Both the position numbers and the translations under genes were made by a program. DNA of 53,542 nucleotides from a virus: IMG/VR virus record IMGVR_UViG_3300045988_047700, positions 1 through 53,542 of that record; one strand, given 5' to 3'. The notes beneath the pieces were generated by a model. The model was not told the DNA's origin. It made no database searches and saw nothing but the letters and a program-made list of their open reading frames with translations. Within the stretch, counting starts at the first letter, position 1. Each line of letters begins with the position of its first letter. Below are positions 42,634-51,254 of this stretch, one piece after another.

Positions 42634-45591
42634 TTAAGCAAAGTAATTGTCGGACATATTTGAAATATTAATGATCGGCTGTGTCCATATTTTTTCACCA
42701 TCTTCAAATGTAACAATTGATCGCACGTACTTTTCGGTTCCTGTTAATTTATATTTTGCCATTTCCCCTATTATAGTATCTAACAGTTCACCATTTTCTT
42801 TCTTAAAAGAAACAACAGCATTTGCATCTCCTGTTTCAACTATAACTTCACCATTTTCAAACGATATTTTATTTAATTTTTTGTCAGAATTTGTTGTTGC
42901 ATAAAAATTCCCGCAGCAAAGATTTTTCATAATTTCTATTCTTGACAATGTATCACTAAAAACCTTTACACAGCCATTCTTAAAATCATTGGCAACATGC
43001 TGATCAGAAATAGCTATTCCCCATGTAATTACTCCGTTATCCAAAAGAGTTTCCCATGCAAAATCTGTTTCTTTATCATCGGGATGTCTCTCTTCTCCTT
43101 TTGAGTGTATTAATCCGTCATATACTTCGCAAAATCGTAATCCATTATCAACTTCTTTCATCATATTAGATGTATAGTATGTTGAAATATACATAGGGTG
43201 AGCCATTGAAATTATTCCACCAACAGATTTACATATATCTACCATATCTTGAATACTTTTATATTCTGATATTGTAATGTTATCCTGTATGTTATATAAG
43301 CACATATGCTTTATTGGGTGTTTTGCATCGCTTGGAATAGATACTTCAAAGCTATCACATAACCATACAAAATTTTCAGGTAAAGTTATAGGGTGTGTTG
43401 GTTTTCCATTATAATAGTTAATGTGACTATAATCAGTAATAGTCATAAAATCATATCCATTATCCTTATAATACTGGCATAACTGCTCTGGCGTCATATA
43501 TTGAGTTTCCCCGCTACCAGTACCAACTGTATGACAATGCAGTTGTCCTGTCAAAGTAAGATTTCCACTATTTTTATAAGGATTATAACAGCGATATATG
43601 CACCCATCCGTTTCATATGTGTCATTAGGTTTTAAATTTTCGTTTATATTACTGTTTTTAATTTTTTCTATATCCTTGCTGTTTTCTGCAATGTTATCAT
43701 TAATATCGACTATATTTGCATTTACTATTGATAAATTATTTTCAAGTTTTTCAAACCTTTTAAGACCAGCTTTGTATTTCAACGAATAAAGTCCTTTATT
43801 GTATCTATCAATAGATCCAGACACTCTGAAACTTACTTCTTCGGATAAAAAGGTATGTGTTGCTGTTTTAATATCAGAATATCCTGTTGAATTTGCAACA
43901 GTAATCACGTTTCCGTTATTATCATATGTCACGAAAACAGCTCCATCCGATGACAAAGTATACTCAATCATATCACCAGGAATACAAGGAATCTTATTTG
44001 ATGTAGCAATCGCGGATATTGTTTGAACATATGTACCAGTTTCTTTATTCAATTTATAATTTGGGTTTTCCAAGATAATATCTTCTGTTAAAAAAAGTTC
44101 AGATAAAAGAATATAATTTTTCTCTATCCTTTTTGAATTTTCTAAAAAATGATTAGAGTCGCACACTTCATACACTTTTAGGTTCCACTGAACATTTCCA
44201 CTTAATCGTAATGTATTAATGTTGCTTATTGAGGGACTGTACCCATAAAACATATAACCTATAGATGATAAAATCTCAACAGACGATGCTATTGTATCTA
44301 TCATCTTATCAGTTGAATTTGCAGTTCCTGCTTGCACCGTATATATACCGTCAACAGATGGTATGATAAAAAACGCATACTTTTTATTTATATCCAAAGT
44401 TCTTATTGATATATAATAATTATCAATTATATTTCCATCTTCAATATATAAAAGCATACTACGTTGCATTAGTTCTAAGTCTTCCTTTAGTGAACCAATA
44501 TCCTCTTTGTTGGTTGTAATCTGCTCCCGATCGGCTGTGAACTCTTCCGCCACTGCCTGCATCTTACCCAGCTGTTCACTTCCAGCTGTCTGAATGTCTT
44601 TGACTGCTTTCTCACCAGACGCTACAATGTCTGTCTTGAGTTGTGTCCCAGTTTCAATCTTTTCTCCAAGAGAAGTGTCCAATGCACCGGCTTGCTTCAC
44701 AGTCGCACTCAAAGTCTCATTAACCGTTCCTGCTATCTCTATGGATTCATCTAATGCATTCTTGGCAGTTCCTGCTTTCTGTGTGGACGTATCCAACTCT
44801 GTCTTTGCAGTTTCTGCCAACTCCGTAGACTCGTCCAATGCTGTCTTAGTGTCACTAGCAGTCTCAATAGATTGTTCAAGTTCTTCATTGGAAGCACTAG
44901 CATTTTCAATAGTCTGTTCAAGTTCTCCCTTGGAATTCGCAATCTGATTCTGAATCCGTTGGATCTCATTATCGGTATGATTGATAATCTTCCTTACAGA
45001 AGTCTCTTCCTGTTCCCGGATAGCTTCGATTGCTTCTCGCTTTTTCTCTCCGACTTCCTTAAGCGCATCTTCCTTGGTCTTTTCTACTACAGCCGCACTC
45101 TCCGATGCACTAGAAGCATACTTACCGGCTTCTGTCGCACTTGCCTTTGCATTCCGCTCTGCTTTCTCCGCTCGTTCTGCACTGGCATTAACAGCTTCAA
45201 TAGTTTCGTGAAAGATATTCGGTTCTGGCAATGGTCCTTCTGATGGGTTCTCTGGTTTGGTTCGGGACTTTACGTGCAATACAATTTCGTATTCTGTACT
45301 ACCAGAAGTTTCATCTGTTAGATATATGTAGGCGTATATGCAATAATCATATGTGCGTCCATCGTTTTTCAACAGTTCATTTGGAATCTGGACTTCTGTC
45401 GCACCATCCACTGTGGTTCCAATTCTTGTAATCGTACTTCCACTCTTTTCATTCAAAGAGAACTGTATTTCTACAGCTTTAGGGAATTCCACGCCAGTGA
45501 TTCGAAGTATCTGACCGTAGTCATGCTGCCAAAGTCCGGTGAATATTTCTTTGTAAGTCGATTCTAATTTGCATTCAATAATATTGTTCAT
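42634..45591 (-). CDS. Fibre-like protein with a C-terminal PHP phosphoesterase domain
   Basis: 985 aa from ATG 45591 (AGGTGGTG upstream). N-terminal fibre/BppU-like domain, a long Ala/Glu/Thr coiled coil, and PHP motifs HCHT, ITDYSH, AHP and SDQH. Confidence 0.65.
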   Translation of the reverse strand: MNNIIECKLESTYKEIFTGLWQHDYGQILRITGVEFPKAVEIQFSLNEKSGSTITRIGTTVDGATEVQIPNELLKNDGRTYDYCIYAYIYLTDETSGSTEYEIVLHVKSRTKPENPSEGPLPEPNIFHETIEAVNASAERAEKAERNAKASATEAGKYASSASESAAVVEKTKEDALKEVGEKKREAIEAIREQEETSVRKIINHTDNEIQRIQNQIANSKGELEQTIENASASNEELEQSIETASDTKTALDESTELAETAKTELDTSTQKAGTAKNALDESIEIAGTVNETLSATVKQAGALDTSLGEKIETGTQLKTDIVASGEKAVKDIQTAGSEQLGKMQAVAEEFTADREQITTNKEDIGSLKEDLELMQRSMLLYIEDGNIIDNYYISIRTLDINKKYAFFIIPSVDGIYTVQAGTANSTDKMIDTIASSVEILSSIGYMFYGYSPSISNINTLRLSGNVQWNLKVYEVCDSNHFLENSKRIEKNYILLSELFLTEDIILENPNYKLNKETGTYVQTISAIATSNKIPCIPGDMIEYTLSSDGAVFVTYDNNGNVITVANSTGYSDIKTATHTFLSEEVSFRVSGSIDRYNKGLYSLKYKAGLKRFEKLENNLSIVNANIVDINDNIAENSKDIEKIKNSNINENLKPNDTYETDGCIYRCYNPYKNSGNLTLTGQLHCHTVGTGSGETQYMTPEQLCQYYKDNGYDFMTITDYSHINYYNGKPTHPITLPENFVWLCDSFEVSIPSDAKHPIKHMCLYNIQDNITISEYKSIQDMVDICKSVGGIISMAHPMYISTYYTSNMMKEVDNGLRFCEVYDGLIHSKGEERHPDDKETDFAWETLLDNGVITWGIAISDQHVANDFKNGCVKVFSDTLSRIEIMKNLCCGNFYATTNSDKKLNKISFENGEVIVETGDANAVVSFKKENGELLDTIIGEMAKYKLTGTEKYVRSIVTFEDGEKIWTQPIINISNMSDNYFA

Positions 45592-45661
45592 CTTGTCACC
45601 ACCTATTCTGTTACAGTTCCCGTTCCGGCTGTTAGTGTTTTCTGTATTACATCTTTCATTT

Positions 45662-47059
45662 TTACTCCTCCCCGAACAATCCACTGTCTGGTTTGTTTTG
45701 CTCCTGTGCTTCTTTAATCATTGCTTTCGCTTCACTTTCGGTCATGCTCTCAAATTTCACAAAATACATCCACGCCGGAACCTTGCCCTGTAAAACATAG
45801 TTCCACCACCGTGATCGATCATCCTCTAAGTTGTATACAAGGTCTTCAAAATCGCATGCTGTTTGGTAGTTCGTTGCCGGTATAGTTCCGTTTGCTGTGC
45901 CGACAGCATACAGAATATAGATGATTCTGTGTAATATGCCATCATGGTTTTTCCCATCCAGAATGTTGCGAAACGCCTGGATGGTATGCAATGTCCGTCT
46001 ATCATCAGATTCTACTTGCGTTGCTGTCTGTATGCCTTGGTTCTGATCGAAAGAGAAATATCCGTTTGAGAATCCGCATTTATATCCGATGATGGACAGG
46101 TAGAAGTTAATAGCGCTTACTCTATCTGTTACAAGTAGAGTAGGCACATGTTCATGAATGGTATTGTCTTCATTTATCCCTTGTTCCAATCCCCTCACAA
46201 ATCTTGGTAGCTCGATCCCCTGTGCGTTTGCGAATTGTATAGCAGACTGCGATACAAATGTCATGTGTTGACTGTCTTCCTGTTCGTCTCCCATCTTGCT
46301 AAGGGCAATATCCAACCACCTCAATTCTTCGATGCATTCCGAAAACGCCGGAACAGTCAGTGGAGATTCCTTGTCAATCGCATTTGCGTAAGGATTTCGC
46401 CAGTAGACAAACAGTGGATATTCTAACCCATGTACGTACACTTCCGGCTCAATGTCTTTCCACTCATCCACCCTGTCAAGTGTGATCTCTGTACCGAGCA
46501 TATCTTTGTTGTCAGATTTATAGGCCTTGCTGGATATATGGTATACACGTTCCAGTCCGACATCTTCAAATCTGTGGTACTCAGCTTTTGTGTAGTATTT
46601 GTCATTTTTCTTAAGGAAAGAGAAAAAGATAGCTGCTAACGCATCCCCGTCCGTGTTTGTGTCTGTGATTAAAAAGTAATCGGGATCCAAAAATTCCACA
46701 TCATCACCGTTGCTCTTGACCATCATTCCACAGGTCGCACAGCTTTCCTCTTGTTTCTCCTGTAAGGTGTTCATCACTCTGTCAAATCTCTTTTGCAGTT
46801 CATTATTCCCTGTAATCTTGATATCCGTATTAAACAGTGTGAGGTTCGCTATCTCACGACAAATCACGTTTGAAAACCTTGTCGGCTTTATCTTTCCACT
46901 GGTACACCACTTTGGCACACCAGATCTCATGCTTTTATACAGTGACAGGGCGGTATCCATATCAGAAGACCGCCCTGTTTCAATTCCGAATATGTTTTTA
47001 GCGTCATTTACTTTAACCATTTTGTTCCATACCGCCTTAATCTTTTCTATTAGTCTCAT
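45662..47059 (-). CDS. Portal protein (SPP1 gp6-like)
   Basis: 465 aa, immediately downstream of TerL. Confidence 0.8.
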   Translation of the reverse strand: MRLIEKIKAVWNKMVKVNDAKNIFGIETGRSSDMDTALSLYKSMRSGVPKWCTSGKIKPTRFSNVICREIANLTLFNTDIKITGNNELQKRFDRVMNTLQEKQEESCATCGMMVKSNGDDVEFLDPDYFLITDTNTDGDALAAIFFSFLKKNDKYYTKAEYHRFEDVGLERVYHISSKAYKSDNKDMLGTEITLDRVDEWKDIEPEVYVHGLEYPLFVYWRNPYANAIDKESPLTVPAFSECIEELRWLDIALSKMGDEQEDSQHMTFVSQSAIQFANAQGIELPRFVRGLEQGINEDNTIHEHVPTLLVTDRVSAINFYLSIIGYKCGFSNGYFSFDQNQGIQTATQVESDDRRTLHTIQAFRNILDGKNHDGILHRIIYILYAVGTANGTIPATNYQTACDFEDLVYNLEDDRSRWWNYVLQGKVPAWMYFVKFESMTESEAKAMIKEAQEQNKPDSGLFGEE

Positions 47060-47071
47060 TGTTTCACTCCA

Positions 47072-48394
47072 TTAATACTGCCATCTTAAGCGTCTTCTTA
47101 AGAATGTGTAGCAGAAATACCTTGTATCATCCATAGCGTGGTCATTTTCTTTAATAACTGCATCCTCACTCTTTTCTTCATCCCATCGGTACATACCGAA
47201 TTCGTTAATACAGTCTTTGCAGTCTTCGTATATCTTAAGCATGCCTTTGTTTAACATAGTCGTAACCACACGTATACCGTCAAGCACATCATTATCTGCT
47301 TTCTTTACTGTATATTCTCCGTATTTCTTAATTACTTCAATGAATGATGCGGCAGACGGATCTATGATGATACAATACACCTTTCTATCACCTATCAGCT
47401 CTTTCAGCATCTTATAGTATGCTTCATCATCCACTCTCTTACCGGTCTCACGACTGTTATAATACACTTCTGCTTCTCTCTGCGCCGTTCGCCCGTTAAA
47501 CGCCCACAGTCCGGCAGAGAACGGATTGACTGTACCGTAGTCAATAGATACGATGTATTCTTTCGCTCCCGTCATGTGTTCATGTGCCACGTGCTTCTCT
47601 TCGTCAAACATCTGATAGACCAGTCCCTCAGCCACACACCACAATCCTAAGATATACCGTTTGAAGAATACGCCTACATACATGCTTCGGTATCTCTTCT
47701 TGATTGCTTCAGACAGAGACAGGTTATCATCCATTGTAAAATGCAGATACAGGATATTCTTCTGATCGCACTTATCAATCCAGTTGACTTTGAACCAGTG
47801 TCGAGGTCCGTCCGGGTTGCAGTTGAACCAGTATTTAGAACCTGTCACTGAGCATCGTCCTGTTGCCTGGTTGACAAACGATTCCGGCATTAATGCCACT
47901 TCGTCAAAAAACATTCCGGCAAGTGTGATTCCCTGTATCAAGTCCTGAGAACGTTCATCTTTACCGCCGAATATGTAGAAGAAATTCTGCACATTTCCCT
48001 TGCTGACCACAATAAGGTTGTCCGACCGATGGTCTACCACCGTATATCCACGGCTTTTTAACATCAGTTTCAGCCAGAACAGCACATTGCGCCGAAATGA
48101 TCCAATAGTCTTTCCGGCCATGCCGAAATTCTGTTGATTGAATGTGCTCATTGCCCACAGAACATAAGACAGTGACATACACAGTGTCTTACCGCTTCGG
48201 ATAGCTCCGTCAGCTATGATTCCCTCTTTGCTCTTTACAGGACTGGATTCACACCACCAGGTAAGTACTTTCTTCTGTTTAACAGAAAAAGGCTTGAACT
48301 CAAATCCTTGCTTCTTAGCCTTTTCTTTCATGGCAACTGCATGCTTCATAATGCTTTGCCGGATGTTCTGTATTCTGTTCTCAATGTTACTCAT
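47072..48394 (-). CDS. terL: Terminase large subunit
   Basis: Walker A DGAIRSGKT. ATG 48394 overlaps the TerS stop by 8 nt. C-terminal nuclease-like acidic motifs. Confidence 0.9.
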   Translation of the reverse strand: MSNIENRIQNIRQSIMKHAVAMKEKAKKQGFEFKPFSVKQKKVLTWWCESSPVKSKEGIIADGAIRSGKTLCMSLSYVLWAMSTFNQQNFGMAGKTIGSFRRNVLFWLKLMLKSRGYTVVDHRSDNLIVVSKGNVQNFFYIFGGKDERSQDLIQGITLAGMFFDEVALMPESFVNQATGRCSVTGSKYWFNCNPDGPRHWFKVNWIDKCDQKNILYLHFTMDDNLSLSEAIKKRYRSMYVGVFFKRYILGLWCVAEGLVYQMFDEEKHVAHEHMTGAKEYIVSIDYGTVNPFSAGLWAFNGRTAQREAEVYYNSRETGKRVDDEAYYKMLKELIGDRKVYCIIIDPSAASFIEVIKKYGEYTVKKADNDVLDGIRVVTTMLNKGMLKIYEDCKDCINEFGMYRWDEEKSEDAVIKENDHAMDDTRYFCYTFLRRRLRWQY

Positions 48395-48851
48395 CAGTCC
48401 ATACCTCGCCCGCTGTTGCATTTAAGGCATCAAGGAAGTTATCAGTGCTTTCTTCCTCCGGTGTAGAATCTTTGTATTGTGCTTCCAATTTGGCAAGTTC
48501 GATATTCATTCGTCTATCGTCCATATTGCGCTTGAGTAATTCTTGTGCACACCTTGTGCGTTCGGATAATGGAGCTTCGAGATCGAATTGGTCTTTAATC
48601 TCTCCACGCATGACAGATGTAAGATACTGCATAACTTCCGTGATATCTGCGATACGTGCGTCCTCTATTTGCTTCTGTCGTTTCTGTATATACTCTAAAA
48701 TATGAGGATTCTTGAGGTTATCAGCTCCAGTCCTATATGCAGTCCTCTCACTGTATCCGGCTTTCTTTGCTGCTTTCGTAGCATTTGCACAGATTAGGTA
48801 TTCATCTGCGAATGCTTTCTGCTTCGGAGTGAGTTCTTTCCCTTTCGACAT
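48387..48851 (-). CDS. terS: Terminase small subunit (P27/Terminase_2-like)
   Basis: LTPKQKAFADEYLICANATKAAKKAGYSERTA HTH motif. Confidence 0.85.
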   Translation of the reverse strand: MSKGKELTPKQKAFADEYLICANATKAAKKAGYSERTAYRTGADNLKNPHILEYIQKRQKQIEDARIADITEVMQYLTSVMRGEIKDQFDLEAPLSERTRCAQELLKRNMDDRRMNIELAKLEAQYKDSTPEEESTDNFLDALNATAGEVWTDE

Positions 48852-48882
48852 CTACCCACCCTCTTCCATATATCCATCCATA

Positions 48883-49215
48883 CTACTCACCGCCCTTGTC
48901 TGTTCTACATATTCTCTTTCTAAGATTGCTGTATCTGTCTGTAATGACATCCAGTGCAATGTTGAGTGCTTGTATTGTTCCATTCTGTCTGTTGTGTTCT
49001 TCTACCAGTCTCTTATTCTTTGCAATAAGTTCCTGTACTTCGCACAGTGCCCGTTCTCCGACAACCTTTGCGTTTTCTACCTCTTTTTGCAGATACTCAT
49101 TCTTTTCGTTCAGCTTTTCGTTTTCTTCTTTGAGTTCGTTTGCTCTTCTCATAATCGGAGCAATGTCGCTCTCTTGTATTACATCTGCCGGAATTATCGT
49201 CTTTTCTCCAATCAT
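48883..49215 (-). CDS. Coiled-coil hypothetical protein
   Basis: ATG 49215 after GGAGGGCGG. 110 aa. Confidence 0.5.
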   Translation of the reverse strand: MIGEKTIIPADVIQESDIAPIMRRANELKEENEKLNEKNEYLQKEVENAKVVGERALCEVQELIAKNKRLVEEHNRQNGTIQALNIALDVITDRYSNLRKRICRTDKGGE

Positions 49216-49469
49216 TCTTTCACCGCCCTCCATATATCATTTAAACAATTTACAATCTCTATCTGTGATGCTGTTCGGAGAATTTCATAATCATAATATT
49301 TCCATTCCCCGTTTTTCTTTCGCTCTAATACTCTGGTAGATAGGATGTGCATGGTAATAAGTCTATTTTGCTCCACGGAATAAAACTGACTTGTCCCCAT
49401 CTTTATAACTAATCCTTTTTGCAGTATTGCTTTCTGTAACTTTTTAGCAATGCTATTTAGATTTGCCAT
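49212..49469 (-). CDS. Hypothetical protein
   Basis: 85-aa ORF. Confidence 0.5.
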   Translation of the reverse strand: MANLNSIAKKLQKAILQKGLVIKMGTSQFYSVEQNRLITMHILSTRVLERKKNGEWKYYDYEILRTASQIEIVNCLNDIWRAVKE

Positions 49470-49475
49470 GCTTAT

Positions 49476-49961
49476 CTACCTCCCGGCATTAAACCATGCA
49501 TCAAAATTCTTCATTCTTCTTTTCCTTGCCCGGTCATAAGTGGTTGTTGTCCGGCTTGCATCATGCATAGCACTTGTATCCCCTTTCTCTATCTTTTGGT
49601 TAAACTCATGCATCTTATCCTGTGCCTTATTACTTGCTGTCAAAAGATTTCTATACTCTTTTGCAAGTCTCTGATTCTTGTACAGTGCGTCCGCACTTCC
49701 AAGCTTTGCTATTTTTCTTCTCGTTTCATTTAATCTGTCTCTATAATATTCGCTTATTCTTTTTGCTTCTTTTTTGTCCTTGACAGAATCAATAAAATCT
49801 ATTTTTCCGCTCTGAGCCGATCTTTCTAACTTAACATCTTTCTTAACTGTTCCACTTCCACGCAATGCATCACTTTTCTTGGATGCATTGTAGAATAACC
49901 TTGCCCCCCCCTTGGTCACAGGGGTTCCGCTTATCGCACTTGTGCTACCTCTACCACCCAT
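49476..49961 (-). CDS. Basic hypothetical protein (MGGRGS N-terminus)
   Basis: 161 aa. Contains a G8 tract (49904..49911). Confidence 0.5.
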   Translation of the reverse strand: MGGRGSTSAISGTPVTKGGARLFYNASKKSDALRGSGTVKKDVKLERSAQSGKIDFIDSVKDKKEAKRISEYYRDRLNETRRKIAKLGSADALYKNQRLAKEYRNLLTASNKAQDKMHEFNQKIEKGDTSAMHDASRTTTTYDRARKRRMKNFDAWFNAGR

Positions 49962-49965
49962 TCGA

Positions 49966-50292
49966 TCACCGCTTTCCTCTTATCTTTATGAATTTATCTG
50001 TCACTTCTGCTTTATTCTTTTTCCTTAATCCATCCGGCATTATCTTTCCGGATTGTTTCGTGGTTCTTTCGTATATCTTGTCCTTAGATGGGTCTATCAT
50101 CTTTCCTACATGTGCTTTGGTTACTCTTCTTTTCTCTGTATATTCATAATTCACAGCACTATCTTTACCCATCGTGATTTTTACATCTTCATACCCGTAT
50201 TCTTTTGCCATTCTCTTCAATCTATCAACCAAGACTTTTTGCTTTGGTGTATAACGGGTAATATTGCTTACACTTCCACGCTCCCCCCCCAT
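49966..50292 (-). CDS. Basic hypothetical protein (MGGERGS N-terminus)
   Basis: 108 aa. A G8 tract includes the start codon G (50283..50290). Confidence 0.5.
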   Translation of the reverse strand: MGGERGSVSNITRYTPKQKVLVDRLKRMAKEYGYEDVKITMGKDSAVNYEYTEKRRVTKAHVGKMIDPSKDKIYERTTKQSGKIMPDGLRKKNKAEVTDKFIKIRGKR

Positions 50293-50293
50293 T

Positions 50294-50923
50294 TTATTTA
50301 CCTCTTTTCCTTTCCGTCAGTTCTTCTCCGAACGACTTAATCTTTACAATGTTTCCTGTACATTCTTCCGGTACCTGTCCGTAAAATAGTACTGTCTCAG
50401 GTTTCAATCTTTTCAGCATCTCATTATATCCGTCCACGAACAGTGCTTTCCGCTCCATACTATTCATCACTCCGACACTGGATACTGCTACAGCACCGCC
50501 TACCGGCTCCCCGTCAAAACACCACTCAAACGATTCTCTGTCACTCCAACTGATGGTAGGCATCACATCAATACCGTACATCTGCATATATGCACCTATC
50601 CAGTGTTTGCGGAAGTGGTTGTAAATCTGTAATGCTTTTGGAAAATCAGTATAAGTGCTAAAATCCGGCGACATGATAAATCGAAACTGAGAAAGCATGT
50701 TTATGTAAGCATCTGGCTTATTCCATAATCTTTGGAATTGGTAATCGTCAAGAAAGAAATGCACGCCTTTCCCGGCTCTGTCTTTGCATGTCTTAGCTTG
50801 GTTAAATCCAATAAACTCGCACGGTTCATACTTTGTAGGTTGTATCTCTGGTATTCCGAACTCATTTACAATGTCGAATATCATTCGTTGCTGATTCTCA
50901 TAATTCATATTTTCTTTATACAT
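50294..50923 (-). CDS. DUF4417-like protein
   Basis: ATG 50923 after GGGAGGTG. VHFFLDDYQFQRLWNKPDAY...SPDFSTY pattern. Confidence 0.6.
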   Translation of the reverse strand: MYKENMNYENQQRMIFDIVNEFGIPEIQPTKYEPCEFIGFNQAKTCKDRAGKGVHFFLDDYQFQRLWNKPDAYINMLSQFRFIMSPDFSTYTDFPKALQIYNHFRKHWIGAYMQMYGIDVMPTISWSDRESFEWCFDGEPVGGAVAVSSVGVMNSMERKALFVDGYNEMLKRLKPETVLFYGQVPEECTGNIVKIKSFGEELTERKRGK

Positions 50924-51017
50924 AAAAATAGCACCTCCCACGATAATTACATCTTACCGTCAGAAGTGCTATTTCATTGTCCCCGTTATTTAGTTTTATT
51001 TCTATTTTGATACTTAT

Positions 51018-51046
51018 ATTTTACCATAAAATGCACATTTTTTCAA
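51018..51046 (-). promoter_or_regulatory. Sigma-70-type promoter for the DUF4417/terminase operon
   Basis: Minus strand: TTGAAA (51046..51041), 17 nt, TAAAT-like TAAAAT (51023..51018), with an upstream TG. Confidence 0.5.
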
Positions 51047-51078
51047 TGTTTGGTTGCTCTATGTTCATTTCTTTGATA

Positions 51079-51107
51079 TTGACTTTTTATCTTTTTTAGA
51101 TTAATAT
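51079..51107 (+). promoter_or_regulatory. Near-consensus sigma-70 promoter of the small-RNA gene
   Basis: TTGACT (51079..51084), 17 nt, TAATAT (51102..51107). Back-to-back with the minus-strand promoter 32 bp away. Confidence 0.55.
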
Positions 51108-51159
51108 ATATCTATCAGCAATCTTTGTTGATTCTCACGGCTCCATGATTTTCGTGAGT

Positions 51160-51195
51160 GTCGTTCCAGTCAATGGTGGAACGTTGAGTTGAAAG
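51160..51195 (+). CRISPR. Solitary type I-C-like CRISPR repeat unit (single copy)
   Basis: GTCGTTCCAgtcaatggTGGAACGTTGAGTTGAAAG has a 5' GTCG, a 7-bp hairpin and a tail ending TTGAAAG. Canonical I-C repeats read GTCGC-hairpin-GTGGATTGAAAC/T. Confidence 0.45.
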
Positions 51196-51227
51196 ATGTT
51201 AGAATTTAAGAAGAAATTCAGAATCTA

Positions 51228-51254
51228 GGTATAGCTTTTAGCTATGCCTTTTTT
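51228..51254 (+). terminator. Rho-independent terminator of the small RNA
   Basis: GGTATAGC / GCTATGCC (one G-U pair) plus T6. Overlaps the last codons of the convergent cas8c-like gene. Confidence 0.7.

Larger units (their letters stand above)
51114..51254 (+). ncRNA. Predicted ~140-nt small RNA: hairpin, CRISPR-like repeat, 32-nt spacer-like segment, terminator
   Basis: Bounded by the promoter at 51079..51107 and the terminator at 51228..51254. It contains no ORF. Confidence 0.45.

Noticed and set aside
47976-47986. An 11-nt match (AGAAGAAATTC) between the spacer-like segment and terL, as possible self-targeting.
   Set aside because: Eleven nucleotides in a 107-kb AT-rich search space is about what chance predicts. 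The flanking bases do not extend the match.
51160-51195. A bona fide CRISPR array.
   Set aside because: Only one repeat copy exists. The downstream hairpin is unrelated in sequence. It is therefore reported as a solitary repeat unit, not an array.
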